NCBI GenBank assembly: GCA_973851085.1
Contig: OZ316776.1
Coordinates: 3,472,001-3,536,000, forward strand
Length of the DNA: 64,000 bases
Direction: 5' to 3'
DNA from: Ptychomitrium polyphyllum
Lineage: Eukaryota
The number at the start of each line of letters is the position of its first letter. Position 1 is the stretch's first letter. The notes below the pieces were generated by a model that had not been told where the DNA came from, ran no database searches, and saw nothing but the letters and a program-made list of their open reading frames with translations. Of this stretch, positions 38,561 to 50,778 are shown piece by piece. The position numbers and the translations under genes were made by a program.

Positions 38561-41279
38561 TTGGATTCAGCGGGCAAAATACAAATTACGTCATGATGTT
38601 ATAACATATGTAAGGGTTTCAATTTTAAACATAATTGAAAAAGCTCAAAATATATACATTTGAATGAATGATATCATGCAAAAGTGCATGATTGGACCTT
38701 TTGAAATTAGAATAACAATTTTGCTATTCAATAGAACAAGTTTAGTTGCACATTAAAGTATACTTGGAGCACTTTATAAACCTCGAATTTTAGTTTTTTT
38801 AAAATTTAATTTCACATGTACCACAAGCAATTATTTAAAGTTATGTTTCCTTTTTCTTTTTTTCATGATTGGAGTGAGTTGCAATAATCACATAAGAATG
38901 CTATCTATGTGTGATTTTTTAAGTTTAGAAAAATTCAAAATTGAATATATTTATTTAGTTCTTTATGCATCCAAATGTGATTCATTCATTTTTTGAATAT
39001 ATTCTTTGAATATACAATACTCTAAAGCTAATATCATAATTGTAAGACAACAAGTATTATGTATGTATTCATGTATGCTAGATTATATAACAAACTTTTG
39101 TAGCTTTGAACTTCACTATTAGAAGAATCAAAGAGAGCTTTAGTATTCCAAAAATTTCATTTTATTGCAAATTGATTAAAACCATGATGATAGATAGTGG
39201 ATGATTCTAAATAAATTTTAATGTTGATGTTAGAATAGAAGATTTTCATCACTACCATATGCACTTAGTAAAGGAGCATATCTATAATGGTTTCTTTTGG
39301 ATTTTATATATATATAATAGTCATAGATTCTAATTTTGAAATTTCAAATGATAATAATAAAAAAATTAAAAAAAATATCAAAACGGTTGTTAGTACATTT
39401 ATCTTCATATACCATAATTATGAAAAACTATAAACTAGACTAATATGTTGATAATGTTAGTGTGGTTAAAATGGTCGAATATAGATGAAAGTTCATTACA
39501 TTGACTAAATAACTTTCAATTTCCTATAAAATATGGTAATTTTAATATAGCATAATAAATGTATTTACTTCTTTCTACAATACTATATTTTATTAATTTT
39601 TCAAAAACTGAGGTTTTCAAATTATTAAAGAATGTTATGGATAAGTTTTAATATTAATGTAAGATTATCTCTAAAAACAATGTTTAATATTGTTTGCCAC
39701 TTTGAATTAAGGAATGCTTTATCAAAATAAAATCTCAATTTATTACAAATAGAAATTTTAAAATAAGTCCTCAATGACTTTTTACATGAAGTCGACAAAC
39801 AAAAATCTAAAACTATATACCTTATTAGATTTATATTATACTCTAACATCATCCAATATGGTTCCAACTCCAATTTTCAAATTCTCTAAGAATAAAAGAC
39901 CTACATTCTTCTTTGAAATCACATCAAATTAATTTTCATACCTTCTTACTTCTTAAAGTTCTATGCTCCTTGGCCCCAATATTTGTGGAAATATTCAACT
40001 GTGCCAAGTTCAATATGGCATCATAATGAAACATAGGACCAATGCAAATACAGCCAACCAAATTTAGAGCAATCCTAGAAGGCGCCGCCAAATTCATTTC
40101 CAACCGTAGTGAGCATGGTCGGCTAACGCACTTGCATTGAATCGCAAGCATGGGAGGTTTAGTGTTCGGTGCCGGTATTCTGCGCCCCGTTGGAGATGCC
40201 AGCCCAAGCGCCTGCATCACTGAGGGGGCGGCATAGTTGAGGTTTTACACATGATGGTAGGAACGAGTAGAATCTATGGAATGGTTTTCTCAAGTCTAGG
40301 AAAACTTAAAAATGAAAAAGATCCAGGAGACAGTGGAGTCTAGGAATGTTCTAAGATCTAGGAAACTATGGAAATCTAGAGCGATGGCGGCTTTCTAGCG
40401 ATGGCAGCTGCGCTGCAAACGAAGCAGCGTCGCTCGGCGACTGATTGCGCCACTTTCTGCGCAAGTTTTGCGTCGTCACGCAATCCATCGCGGTCAGAAA
40501 CACGCTCTCACTCATGATATGGGTCGTCAGTTTTGAGAGCACGAGGTTTGGGCAGCAGTGGAGCAGGGCGCGGTCACTTGGACGTTACACTTGAGGAACG
40601 CCTCTCTATGGACTGACTGCAATCGTTTCGTGGGAGGGTTGGGGCGCACTCTCGGTGGGATCTGCGGTGCATTGAGTAAGTTCGCATGAAGTTTGAGGTA
40701 GAATCGTTCGTTTCCGTGAGGTTTTGGGTTTGCGGGTGTTGTGGTAGTTTGGGGCGTTTGCAGTCGTTGACGATGGTGGGGGTTGTTTGGTGGGTGGTCT
40801 GTGTAGGCGTTAGTTTAGAGTTCTGTTGTTGGTGCGAGGTTCCCTGGGTTCGGTCGAGAAGTTGTGTAGCTCTTCTAAAGATATTGCCTTTGGCTGTGGA
40901 GTTTGAATGTGCCCTGGATGATTAGAGGACTGGTTTAGTGGCACAGGGTGGAAGAGAACATTGTGAGCATTTGGTTCAGTAGCCACAATCCATGTTTGCG
41001 GCATGTCGCAACGAGGATGATTGATATGTGCTTAGAGGTTGAAGCTTCTACCTATTCAACAGCCGACATGTTGTAGTACCAGATTTGTGCTATGCTACAG
41101 TTTTGATGTTTTCCATGTTCAGAGCTTTTTTCCTTTGGTGCAGGTCGCGAAAATCACTTAAAATTCTCAAGTTTAACACAGAAGTTCTGTATCCTTTTGG
41201 TGTGCAGTTTTGAGCGTTTTGGAGGAGCAAACAGTGTCATCTGTTTTCCTTTTGCTGAAATGAATTGAAGAGCTTTAAG

Positions 41280-42278
41280 ATGGATCAAGTTTTAGACAAA
41301 ATCGAAGATACGCCTTTCGCAGAAAGCGCAACAGCCGCAGGTGCTTCGTCCTCAAACGACGACTCATTGAATGCAGATGCTAAGCAGGATGAAGTCATGG
41401 GAGATCCACCTGCAGAGACCCCAAGCGATGATGGGTATGTACACATCGACTCGAGCTCCTCGCAGAAAGACACAGCTATGAAAGCCCTCTCTTCGATTAT
41501 TAAGTCGGAGCAAGATCAAGCTAGCATTGGTATGATATAAACTTTTAAGCATTTACCCTACATTTGAACAGCCATTACTCGTCTCCGGGAGTAGAATACA
41601 TACTCAAGCAAGCGGAGATGCGTGTGTTTGAAGATACAGACTGTTCCTTAACCTATAAATTTCTGAGGCATTCATTGGTTTCCTTGCAGATGGGGACTGG
41701 GTTGCATTATCCTCACCTGCATTGAAAGTGCATGCTCTTGAAGAATCGACGCCTCCAGACTTTTCTAGTGAGAATTCTGTACACGCCGATGCTGCAGCTC
41801 AGGATCGTGTAAAATCTAGGATTGTAAGTTATGACCATTTGAAAATCACGTCCACAGATCCTGCTCTGGGCATCGATCCTACTAAAAGAGAGGTCAGAAG
41901 CATTTTCCTTTTGTCAATCTGTGGACTTTTCCCTCTTTGCTTACATTTCGATTCTTTGCCTTCGTGTGTTTCAATCATTACCTCAGTAATTCCCTGTCCT
42001 TTTTAATGGCCTAACATGTTGTCGATAACCTTTTTTGCATGCAAGCATATGATCATGTAAGTATGTGCATTTCATTGAAGGGTTTTGCACGCCCTTCTGC
42101 ATGGTGTGTAAGGTGTTGAAGTCAATCTGACAATTTTCTCTGGTGTTTTGTAACTTCTGTGCAGTCGTATTTATCCGAAGCAGAATTTCAGTCTTTGTTT
42201 GGTCTGAGCAAAACTCAGTTTTATGCATTACCAAAGTGGAAGCAATCTCAACGGAAACTAAATCTTGACCTTTTCTGA
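41280..42278 (+). CDS. Stand-alone villin headpiece (VHP) domain protein, 3 coding exons, 188 aa
   Basis: Exons 41280-41529, 41690-41892 and 42165-42278 splice in frame via GT-AG introns. The C-terminus IVSYDHLKITSTDPALGIDPTKRE|SYLSEAEFQSLFGLSKTQFYALPKWKQSQRKLNLDLF* is a complete villin headpiece. An in-frame TGA at 41256-41258 precedes the ATG. Confidence 0.88.
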
Positions 42279-44049
42279 AGGACCTCGATGGCTCGAGGCA
42301 AATCGAACTTGTTTTCTTGTTTATTTTTAAAAGCATTTGCCGTTGTGGTTATGGAGGCAATACTAGAACAGTTTGGCAGTAATCCCTTGTCATGATTCAT
42401 GCTTGTTGGGCTGAGTTGATTTAATATCCTCTAATCGAGACTCCTGTAGTTTCTCAACCCTTGTGATGACATGATATATCCCTACTTCAGTCATATTTAA
42501 TAGTTATGGAAGAGTTGGTTCACCCATGTTCACATGCTTGTTTGGCAAAACAAATTTGCCATTCAGTCATCATTAGGAGGCCATCATACAGCCAGTAGGA
42601 ATATTCCTACTACTTAGTGATCAGAACTTACATTCAAATATTGAGCATTAAGTCGGACATTGAGCGAACGTGTCCTTCGGTATTCCGTTTTTCAAATCAG
42701 GATAAGGTGCCCACAAGTCTGAGTTACAAGTTTTCAATACAAAGATCAATATTCCCTCATGCTTCATCATCTGGTTGTTCAGTCGTGAATCTGCGATTCC
42801 AGCTTGTGACCGTGGGCGGCTTGAACTTTGCAACAAGTTATTCATCGTTTCTTCCAACTTTAGCTTCTGCATACCCAAGATCGTGATTGTACACAGCTTA
42901 GCTGACATTGCTACAGCTTTCTCTTTTGGAGTTATATCTTCGTTTCTGGAAGAAATCAAAAAAAAAAAACAAATTTCAGCAACTACGAAGTTTCCACTAC
43001 AATTTTTCTGGCCTGCTGTAATTGTACTGAACTATTACCAATATTGTAAATAGCCGAAATGTTTGTCGATCCCTACTTTTAATAGCAAAAGCACAAACTG
43101 CAACTTTCTAAAATTGATCAAAACCCTATCCACTTCGTAAGACGACCGTTCATGTATGATCTTGATATGACACATCCACACTAATCAGTCCATGATAAAA
43201 GTATTGCACATAGACTAATGTCTTATCATTCTTATTGTCGAAAGGCAAGAATGACTGCACGTCACATTCTTAAACTGATTAAATGAAACAATGATTTCTC
43301 ACTCATTACATGTGTTCTGTAACAAAATGTACGCCGTTCAATAATAAATAAATAAGACCTAGTGTCGAAGTCTTGTAGGTTGAGTATGCCATTGACATCG
43401 ATCAAACCTTCGCCCTACACCAGGATAGAGGTCCACCAACCTGCCACTTAACTAGCAAAAAGCACACCACAAAGTCCCCATATGTGATCCCCAATAACGT
43501 CATCCCTCTGGCGCCGGCCTGCAACTTTAAGCACGTGGACGGAGATTGAGGATATTCTCAGGTGCAAACCAGCATGAATTTACATAGAAGATGCCCATTG
43601 CCTCAATCCAAAACCATTCGGATATCTTTCCCCAAAACCTGCCTGCTGACAGTAACTCTCATCTAGCCTGTAACACAAAGATAAAAGTTTCCATGACAAA
43701 CTGAATTTCAAAGCAAGGGATATGTTACTGATACTATCTGAAAATATATCAACTGAACAAATGTAGATTACACAGCTTAGCTCCTACAACTTCTAGTCTC
43801 ATCCTTCAAAATAGAGATACCATAATACAATGAGGTTGTTTAAAATTGTATACTCTAACCATGCTTGAACTAGGAGACGTTCAATAACAGACGATTGCGA
43901 AGTTTCAAATCGAGCACAAAAAGTGCAAATTCAATTCAATACTAAATTAAGCGACAACACATTGTTGACTCAATAAAAAGCACCACTAACAAATGATTTG
44001 TCCATCCAATAATTGAATCAAAAGCAGGGTCCACAACGACCTTGTTCTT

Positions 44050-47000
44050 TTATCTCTGCAAATTCCAAGGAGGATTCAAGTTCCGTAAGTCATGGTATCC
44101 AGGAGCACCTCTTGGAGTAGTGAGAAGAGAAGGAGAAGCAACTCCTTGTTGCGCTGCAATATGACCAGCTCCTGGAGATGTGCCTTGAGGCATGTGGCCA
44201 TGATGCCCATGCACCGATGGAGAGACTCCATAACCTCCAAACCCTGGTGGAACATTATTGACCCCATTTCCAGCACCAGCAGGACCTCCTCCTCCTAGGA
44301 TGGGACTCATATGAGAATGACCTGCAGCTGCTGCCGCAGCAGCTGAAATTGCAACCTTTTGAGCGTGAAGTGCTGCTGCATGCTGCATAACCTACAACAT
44401 ATCCATTTTAAAATGAAAAATTAAGCCGTGTAATCAATTCCAATCAAATTTGTATTTCAATCTGTGGACACCAAAAAGCCTCATAATAACAGGTCAGAAT
44501 CGAGCAGCTAAAATCTCTCATCCTTTAGATCCCAGCAAGGCAAAGTGAACTAATTAACAACAAAGACCTAATAGAAGGAGGAAATCGTTCAAGGGAGAAG
44601 AAAACACGATCCAGATACTTGAAGAGGGAAAAAAGCAGAGTTGGTAGAGTTGTATACCAGTTGATGCTGATTATAAGGCCGGCCACCCAATGCAAGTGGC
44701 ATAAAACCAGTCCCTGGAGATATTGCACCCGCTAAGGCGGCAGCAGCTGCAGCTGAACTTGGAGAAGGAAGACTCAATCCTTGTTGGTAGTAGTTCCCTC
44801 GTGCAGATCCACCCTGTAAAACAATCAAAGTAGTATCTGAGCGTACGATTTCAATCTAGCTAAGGAACCTAAGAACACTGTTAACTGCCACAATGCCCAG
44901 GCAGTCATTAACTCAGTGCAAACCTATACAGATGACAAGCTTACACAAACTCTCAAAAACCCCTATCCTTCAGAGTTCATTTTTGAGAAAATCACAAGAC
45001 AAATTCGTCTTAAGCACCTGATTCAAATGTTGTGGCTGTCTACCAAGTAATGGACCTAACGCCAGGGTAGATCCATGAGAATGAGTCCCATGGCTAGCAG
45101 CGTGTGAGGTGGTTGTTGTATGAGATGGAGGACTAGGTGTCCTTGCATACTCCAACTCTCCCTCTTCGAGATCAGCTGAAGGCTGGACTTCAGAGGCACC
45201 TGCACCAGCAGCTTCTGGTTGCACGACTGGAGCTGCAGGCACGTCTGCACTGGTTGGAACAGCCTGAGGTGCAGGTTGCGGCCCAGGAGCAGGCGGTGAT
45301 AGTGATGCACTCTGTACCTTTTTCTTTGACTCCTCTTCAGTGCTCAACACCTGAACATTGCGTGACGAGGTAAGATGACGCCCAAACCTATGGGGACGAA
45401 CCTGGTGACTAATCGCACTAGGTACATCTACTTTATTTGTGACTTCAGCGCCACCTGCACTAGTGGTCTCTAACTGCACAACTGGCGCTGCAGGCACGTC
45501 TGTACTACTTAAGATAGCCTGAGATGCAGAGGAAGGCCCAGGAGCAGATGGAGGCCCAAGAGCAGATGGTGACTGTGATGCACTCTGAACTTTTTTCTTT
45601 GACTCCTTTTCAGTAGTCAGTACCTGAACAAGCCGTAAGGTGTTAAAATGACGTTCAAATATATGGAAACGGACCTGTGAATAACTGGTTGGACTGTGCA
45701 ACTACATGGGGCATTGGTAACCTATCTCAATGTGTTTGGGGAAAAACTCTGGAATGATACTACAATGTCACAGCACAATTCTAGGTTATGAGTTGCAGGA
45801 CCTGCTTCAACATCTGTACAAGGCGATGTTTTTCTGCAGTTAGTTTTTTGAGCTTAGCCTCCAACTCTGCTTTTTTAGCTTTTTTGTCACCTGTTGCGTC
45901 GTCCGTTACCTTAGCCTCCTCAACATGGTCCTTTTCTTCCACCTGTGAATTTTTTTTAAATGCAGAAAGGATCTCAAAGTCAGAACCAATCAGAAAAGAA
46001 AAAAACTACTGACAAAAAACTCGAAACCATCAAAACAATCGCCAAGATACACTCTGTCGCATCTACACCATCATGACACAAATGCATATAGCTCCATAGA
46101 AGTACACACTATATGTGTCCTCTACAACACCACTGGACATCAACAAAGAGGAACAAGAAGTTGTATGAAGGAACTTGAATCCACTTACGGGTTTTCCAAA
46201 ATTCAGCTCCTCCGAATGTACAGGAGGTGTAGAAGGAGCTTCCACTTTTACGAAATCCCCCTGTTCATCGTGATTCACTTCCATTTTAACGTCACCCTCT
46301 TCCGTTGGCAACTCTGGAATAGCACCTGATCCTTCCTTCCCAGTATTGTCTGCTTCACCTCCCTTGGGATTGTCCACACCTTCAGTTGATGCCTCCTTGT
46401 CCACAACCTTCGGGTCTAGTTCCATCTCGTCACTTGCTTCTGCTGCATCAACAGCCATACGCTCAACCCCACCTGATGTTGCAGCAGCAGCAGCAGCGGC
46501 AGCAGCAACCTCCTCCTTCACCTTCACCTTCACCTTGCCCTTTCTCGCTTCGATAAGAGAGGCCTCCTCTATCTTCCTCTTCTTCCTCTCTTTCTTATCC
46601 ATGTGGTTTTCCAAATCCGCCGGCTCAGCAGTCTCGATTTTAGCTTCATGTTTAGGCTCATGGCCATCAAACGACTGACCTCTCAACAGAACCCGTGCCG
46701 AGGAATCTTCCATAGGTGCACTCCCATCTCTGTACCCCTCTTCGCCGACTGATCGGTAGCTTTCATGCCGGGTCTCACCTCCATTCTTACTCCTATCTTC
46801 CGCATCCTCTGGCTCCTCACGAACATCCTCGTCCATAAAATCTGCCTTAATATGACCATCGCTCTCCCCACGTCCTTCCCGCCCAATGTCCGTCTCCGGA
46901 TCCTCTCTAGGCCCTTCGATAGCTCGAAGATGTGCAGGTGAAACATTGTGAGAACCAGAAACACAGGTATCCTGACGAGTTAGGCAAGGAGTCGGAAACC

Positions 47001-47148
47001 CAGGCGTCGACGAGGGACTACATAAAGCGTCATTCCGCTTCTCAAGCGCCTGCCTAAATGCAGATAATGAAATCGTCGGCTTCGGAAGCGGCCACTGACG
47101 CGTAATCCCAGAAACCTTGTGAAGCTCCCCTCTGTACAACGAAATCAT
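44050..47148 (-). CDS. Uncharacterised land-plant protein (conserved N-terminal LYRGxLH motif, acidic linker, coiled coil, Pro/His/Gly-rich tail)
   Basis: MISLYRGELHKVSGITRQWPLPKPTISLSAFRQALEKR; coiled coil ELEAKLKKLTAEKHRLVQMLKQ|VL..EEE; DLEEGELE; ends NLNPPWN. Exons approximately 47148-46189, 45942-45801, 45623-45402, 45350-45018, ~44813-44619 and ~44391-44050. Confidence 0.8.
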
Positions 47149-48374
47149 TGCTTCTACCTTCTAAACCCTCTCCGCATCATTTCACCTCCTACCCTTCGAA
47201 CCCTAATTCCCCACAGCCGCGTTCCACGTCCAATATCTGGAAATAAAACCTTACGACTATCAAAACTTTCTCCGAAAAACCACAAAAGAACTCACAAACC
47301 ACCCCTACAACGCCCCGATCACCGCAATTACAACAACAATAACCTCACCAAGAACTGCTCCATCCTCAAGCACCCAAAAAAGAGCCACTCCTCCAAGACA
47401 ATAAAATCTCCAGCAAAAACACGCACACACTCACTAACACACCTCTCTCATCCCGGACTCCCAACCATAACCACACTCACGCTCCTAACGAACCCACACC
47501 ACAAAACGTCGCTCCCCCGAAGTCGTACCCCTCGAACCAGAAACCCTACTGGTCGAAAGCAACCCACTAGAGCGGGAAAAAAATTCTCTACACCACTCAT
47601 TCACAAGAAGAAGCGTGAACTCCAACACATACCATCCTCGCCGTCCTGAATCTCCAACTCAACGAGCCACGATAGATCGATAGAGCGAGGAGTTGTTGGT
47701 TGAATTGTAGAAGGGAATTCGCAAACAAGCACCAAATTCGATTCCGGAAAAAGCAGCGGAACCCTAACGAAGAGCTCTATAAGAAAGAGGGAGTGCAATC
47801 AGGTGGAGATTCGAGGCCGAGGAATGGGAAATGCGATTGCACACGAGGGCGCGACGGTGCATGCACATGCGCTTGAGAGGATGATTGCGCCTCACGGCTT
47901 CAGAGTACATCATTCGTTCGGTAAGCATCCGCACCGAAATCCGTTACTGCAACCTCATCTACCGCACGCGTACACTAGGTGACAGATAAGTCTAGAAACC
48001 ACGGATGATTTCGGGATCGTTACTCCAACTGAATCCAATAAAAGCCTACGTTTTTTGTATACTCCATTTTATAAAAATGTATGCGAGGAGTAGATACCAG
48101 CCGGTGCTGCATGCGGCGACCGTTTTGGGGATGTATTCGATAAAGGAGAGCAATGCCCATGACTGTGGGTGTACGAGGAACCGTGGCGAGGAGGGGAGCT
48201 GATTGTTGACGGCGTAGGGAGAGTGGACTTAGGGGTGCCTCACCTTCTCCCGTTGTGCATGTGCCAAAATAGATTTCTATATGATTGATTGAAATTATTA
48301 AGTTCTTTTATGAAGTTTTATATTTTTTCTTTTGTCCATCTTTTGTCCACCGTTTGAAGATGAGTGATAAAATG

Positions 48375-48550
48375 AATTAGCTAGCTATATGGTAGCAATC
48401 AATGTAAGAAATTAGCCAATTATATGGTAGTATTCATTGTGAAGAATTAGCCAGCTATATGATAGCAATCATTGTGAAGAATTAGCCAGCTATATGATAG
48501 CAATCATTGTGAGAAATTAATCAGTTATATGGCAACAATCATTGTAAGAA
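48375..48550. repeat. 35-bp minisatellite x5 (AATTAGCCAGCTATATGATAGCAATCATTGTGAAG)
   Basis: Five head-to-tail imperfect copies with no spacers; copies 3 and 4 are nearly identical. Confidence 0.92.
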
Positions 48551-48579
48551 AGTAATATCTAATTAATCATTTGAAATTT

Positions 48580-48830
48580 TAGTATGTAGTACAAAGAAAA
48601 CCTTCATAGTTTTGTCCTATTTGTCTACTTGTTTATTTGTCTAAGTTTATAAAACTTCTATTTATTTTTTATTTAAACAAAATTAAATTTTAATTATTAT
48701 TTTTCTATTGTTTATTGCTTGTTGTTTATTCTTTATCATTTATTGTTTACTTTTATTTTTTTTACTTTTAGAATTGTAGAAAAACTTGTATTAAATGCTA
48801 TTATATTAAAGATGTGATGGCTACTTTACT
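48580..48830 (+). mobile_element. Dispersed AT-rich repeat, copy 2 (homologous to 22090-22340)
   Basis: Same ordered motifs as copy 1 with more C>T changes. Embedded in a ~1.4 kb very AT-rich island (about 48280-49680). Confidence 0.55.
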
Positions 48831-50730
48831 AAGTTTGAAGTGGTTTTGAAATGACAATTCAAAAGTTGGTCTTTGAAAAAATGCTTTGTTCGTCTTAATT
48901 GTTTTTAATTTAAAAAAAAATTCCTTCTGTTAATCGTCTTTTGAAGGTTTTACGCTAATTATTTTAAATTTTTTTTGTCTTTTGTAGGAAGAGATATAAG
49001 GTAGTCTTTAATTCCATGCATTATATAAAACATTTTTTTTCTTAAAAGACAATAAAATTAATCAAAGAATTGAATTCAAAGAATAATATTTAAAAAAAAG
49101 TTTTGGTAAAACTTGATTTGAAGTAAAAATTCAACAAAAAATGGTTTATATTAATTATAGAATAATCTTAAATAAAATCTTGTGGTTATTTCCATGTTTC
49201 TTTATAATTATTACACTTTATATCAAAGCTTATAATCTAAGATTTACAAAAATACAATATATTATTCAATCATAACAAAATATTATAATATTTAGGCATA
49301 AATATACAAAAAGATTAGAAAAAAGAAAAATAAATGAATGAACAGAAAACTTTTTGGATAATTTTACTGCATGAGAAATGAACACAATACAAATTTTTGT
49401 ATACTAATATCCTTCTGTCATCTAATAATTACCTTTGATTTCACCTTTTTTTTCTTTTAACCTATTTATTTTTATAAATGAAGTGCATATTCAAAAATGA
49501 TAAGATTCACCTACCTTGATCAATTCAACTAGAAATCTATAATAAAAGTACTCTATGAATAAACACAAATTTTTTGTTAAAATGAATAAAAAATTTATAA
49601 GTTTAAAATCTAGTACTTGAACTTATTGTTATACCAAAATAAATATCTTTTTTATTTACATTATTGCAAGAATCCATCGTGTGCTAGAGGGCTTTAACGG
49701 AATAAGTTCTGCTAGTAAATCCGGTCACAATAGAAAGCAACCTAGTAAGTACTTGGAAGCCGCGCAGGTTGATATCTTCTGGTGAGGGCAAAGGTCTTGG
49801 CTGGGCAGAGATAGGGGAACGTCACCCGGGTGCGATACAGCAGAGATTGTGCGTGGCGAAGTGGGCGGTTCAGATTGGTGAACTGGAGGTCGCAGATCTT
49901 GTAGGGATGAAGGGGATGAGAGGAGGCCGTGGCTGCGAGATTGAGAGCGGCATTGTACATGTTATAGAGTGGGATGGTGAGCAAGGGGCCTACAGTTTAC
50001 TGCTGACGAGCTAGATGGATTTCAGATCAGCTCTATGTTATTGGAGTGAGATCGAAGGCACAGGGGTCGACGACGAGAGTATCACCTCCGTCTAGATGGA
50101 GAGGTGCCGTCTAACTTAGTGCCTACAACTAGTGAGTATCACCATAATCCAAGAATCTGGTCTACTCTGTAAACCATAGATTGAGCAGGAGTAGCACTCA
50201 GCGCTGTGCGGGAGGGCGTGCTGTTGTGGTATCGAGCAGGGTCGACTATGAGAACAGGCAGATCAGACCCGCCGATCTTCGCACCGCACAAGGCAGCGGA
50301 ACAGACAGAGGGGTGACGGACCTTGGGTGGGGCTGCGCCAAGCAGAGCGGCCCCAGCCTGTGCACTTCGTCCCGGTGTCGCTGTGCACTCCGGTGGGTGA
50401 TTCAGCTTGCACTTCAACTCGGTGCGGCGGTGAAATCTGCATTGCCCCGCTTTTGTACGCTGCAAGAGCTCCGCTTTGTGCCTTCTCCGCCAAAGCGCCG
50501 CTTCACTGTCCGCTCTGCACACATTTCCTGCCATGTATTAACAGCACCAAGGCTACAAGATCTCGCGACTGCGTCACTACGGGATCACCCAGCGCTTGAG
50601 TTTCTCATCTAGCACTCTAACTCGCACCTGCCCTCACCATGAAACACGATGCACTAGTTCGACATCTCTCTTCCATACAGAGCCAACCAGAAAGGCTTGC
50701 CACTTCCCAAAAGATTTGGATAAAATGATG

Positions 50731-50778
50731 AAGACAAGGTTGGACTAGAGGGTGGAGACAAGGTTGGACAAGAGGGTG
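50731..50778. repeat. 24-bp tandem duplication (AGACAAGGTTGGAC[T/A]AGAGGGTG) downstream of the ABCD stop
   Basis: Read directly; two copies. Confidence 0.8.

Noticed and set aside
39936..40220. 94-aa minus-strand ORF
   Set aside because: No recognisable motif or exon structure, and not gelsolin-like on either strand as far as I can read.
46481..46507. (GCA)n run
   Set aside because: Ordinary poly-Ala tract inside a coding exon.
47119..47649. 176-aa plus-strand ORF
   Set aside because: Antisense to the 5'UTR of the 44050-47148 gene; C/A-rich composition keeps the frame open by chance.
48375..48550. 35-bp repeats as a CRISPR array
   Set aside because: Units are head-to-tail with no unique spacers, there are no cas genes, and the context is eukaryotic.
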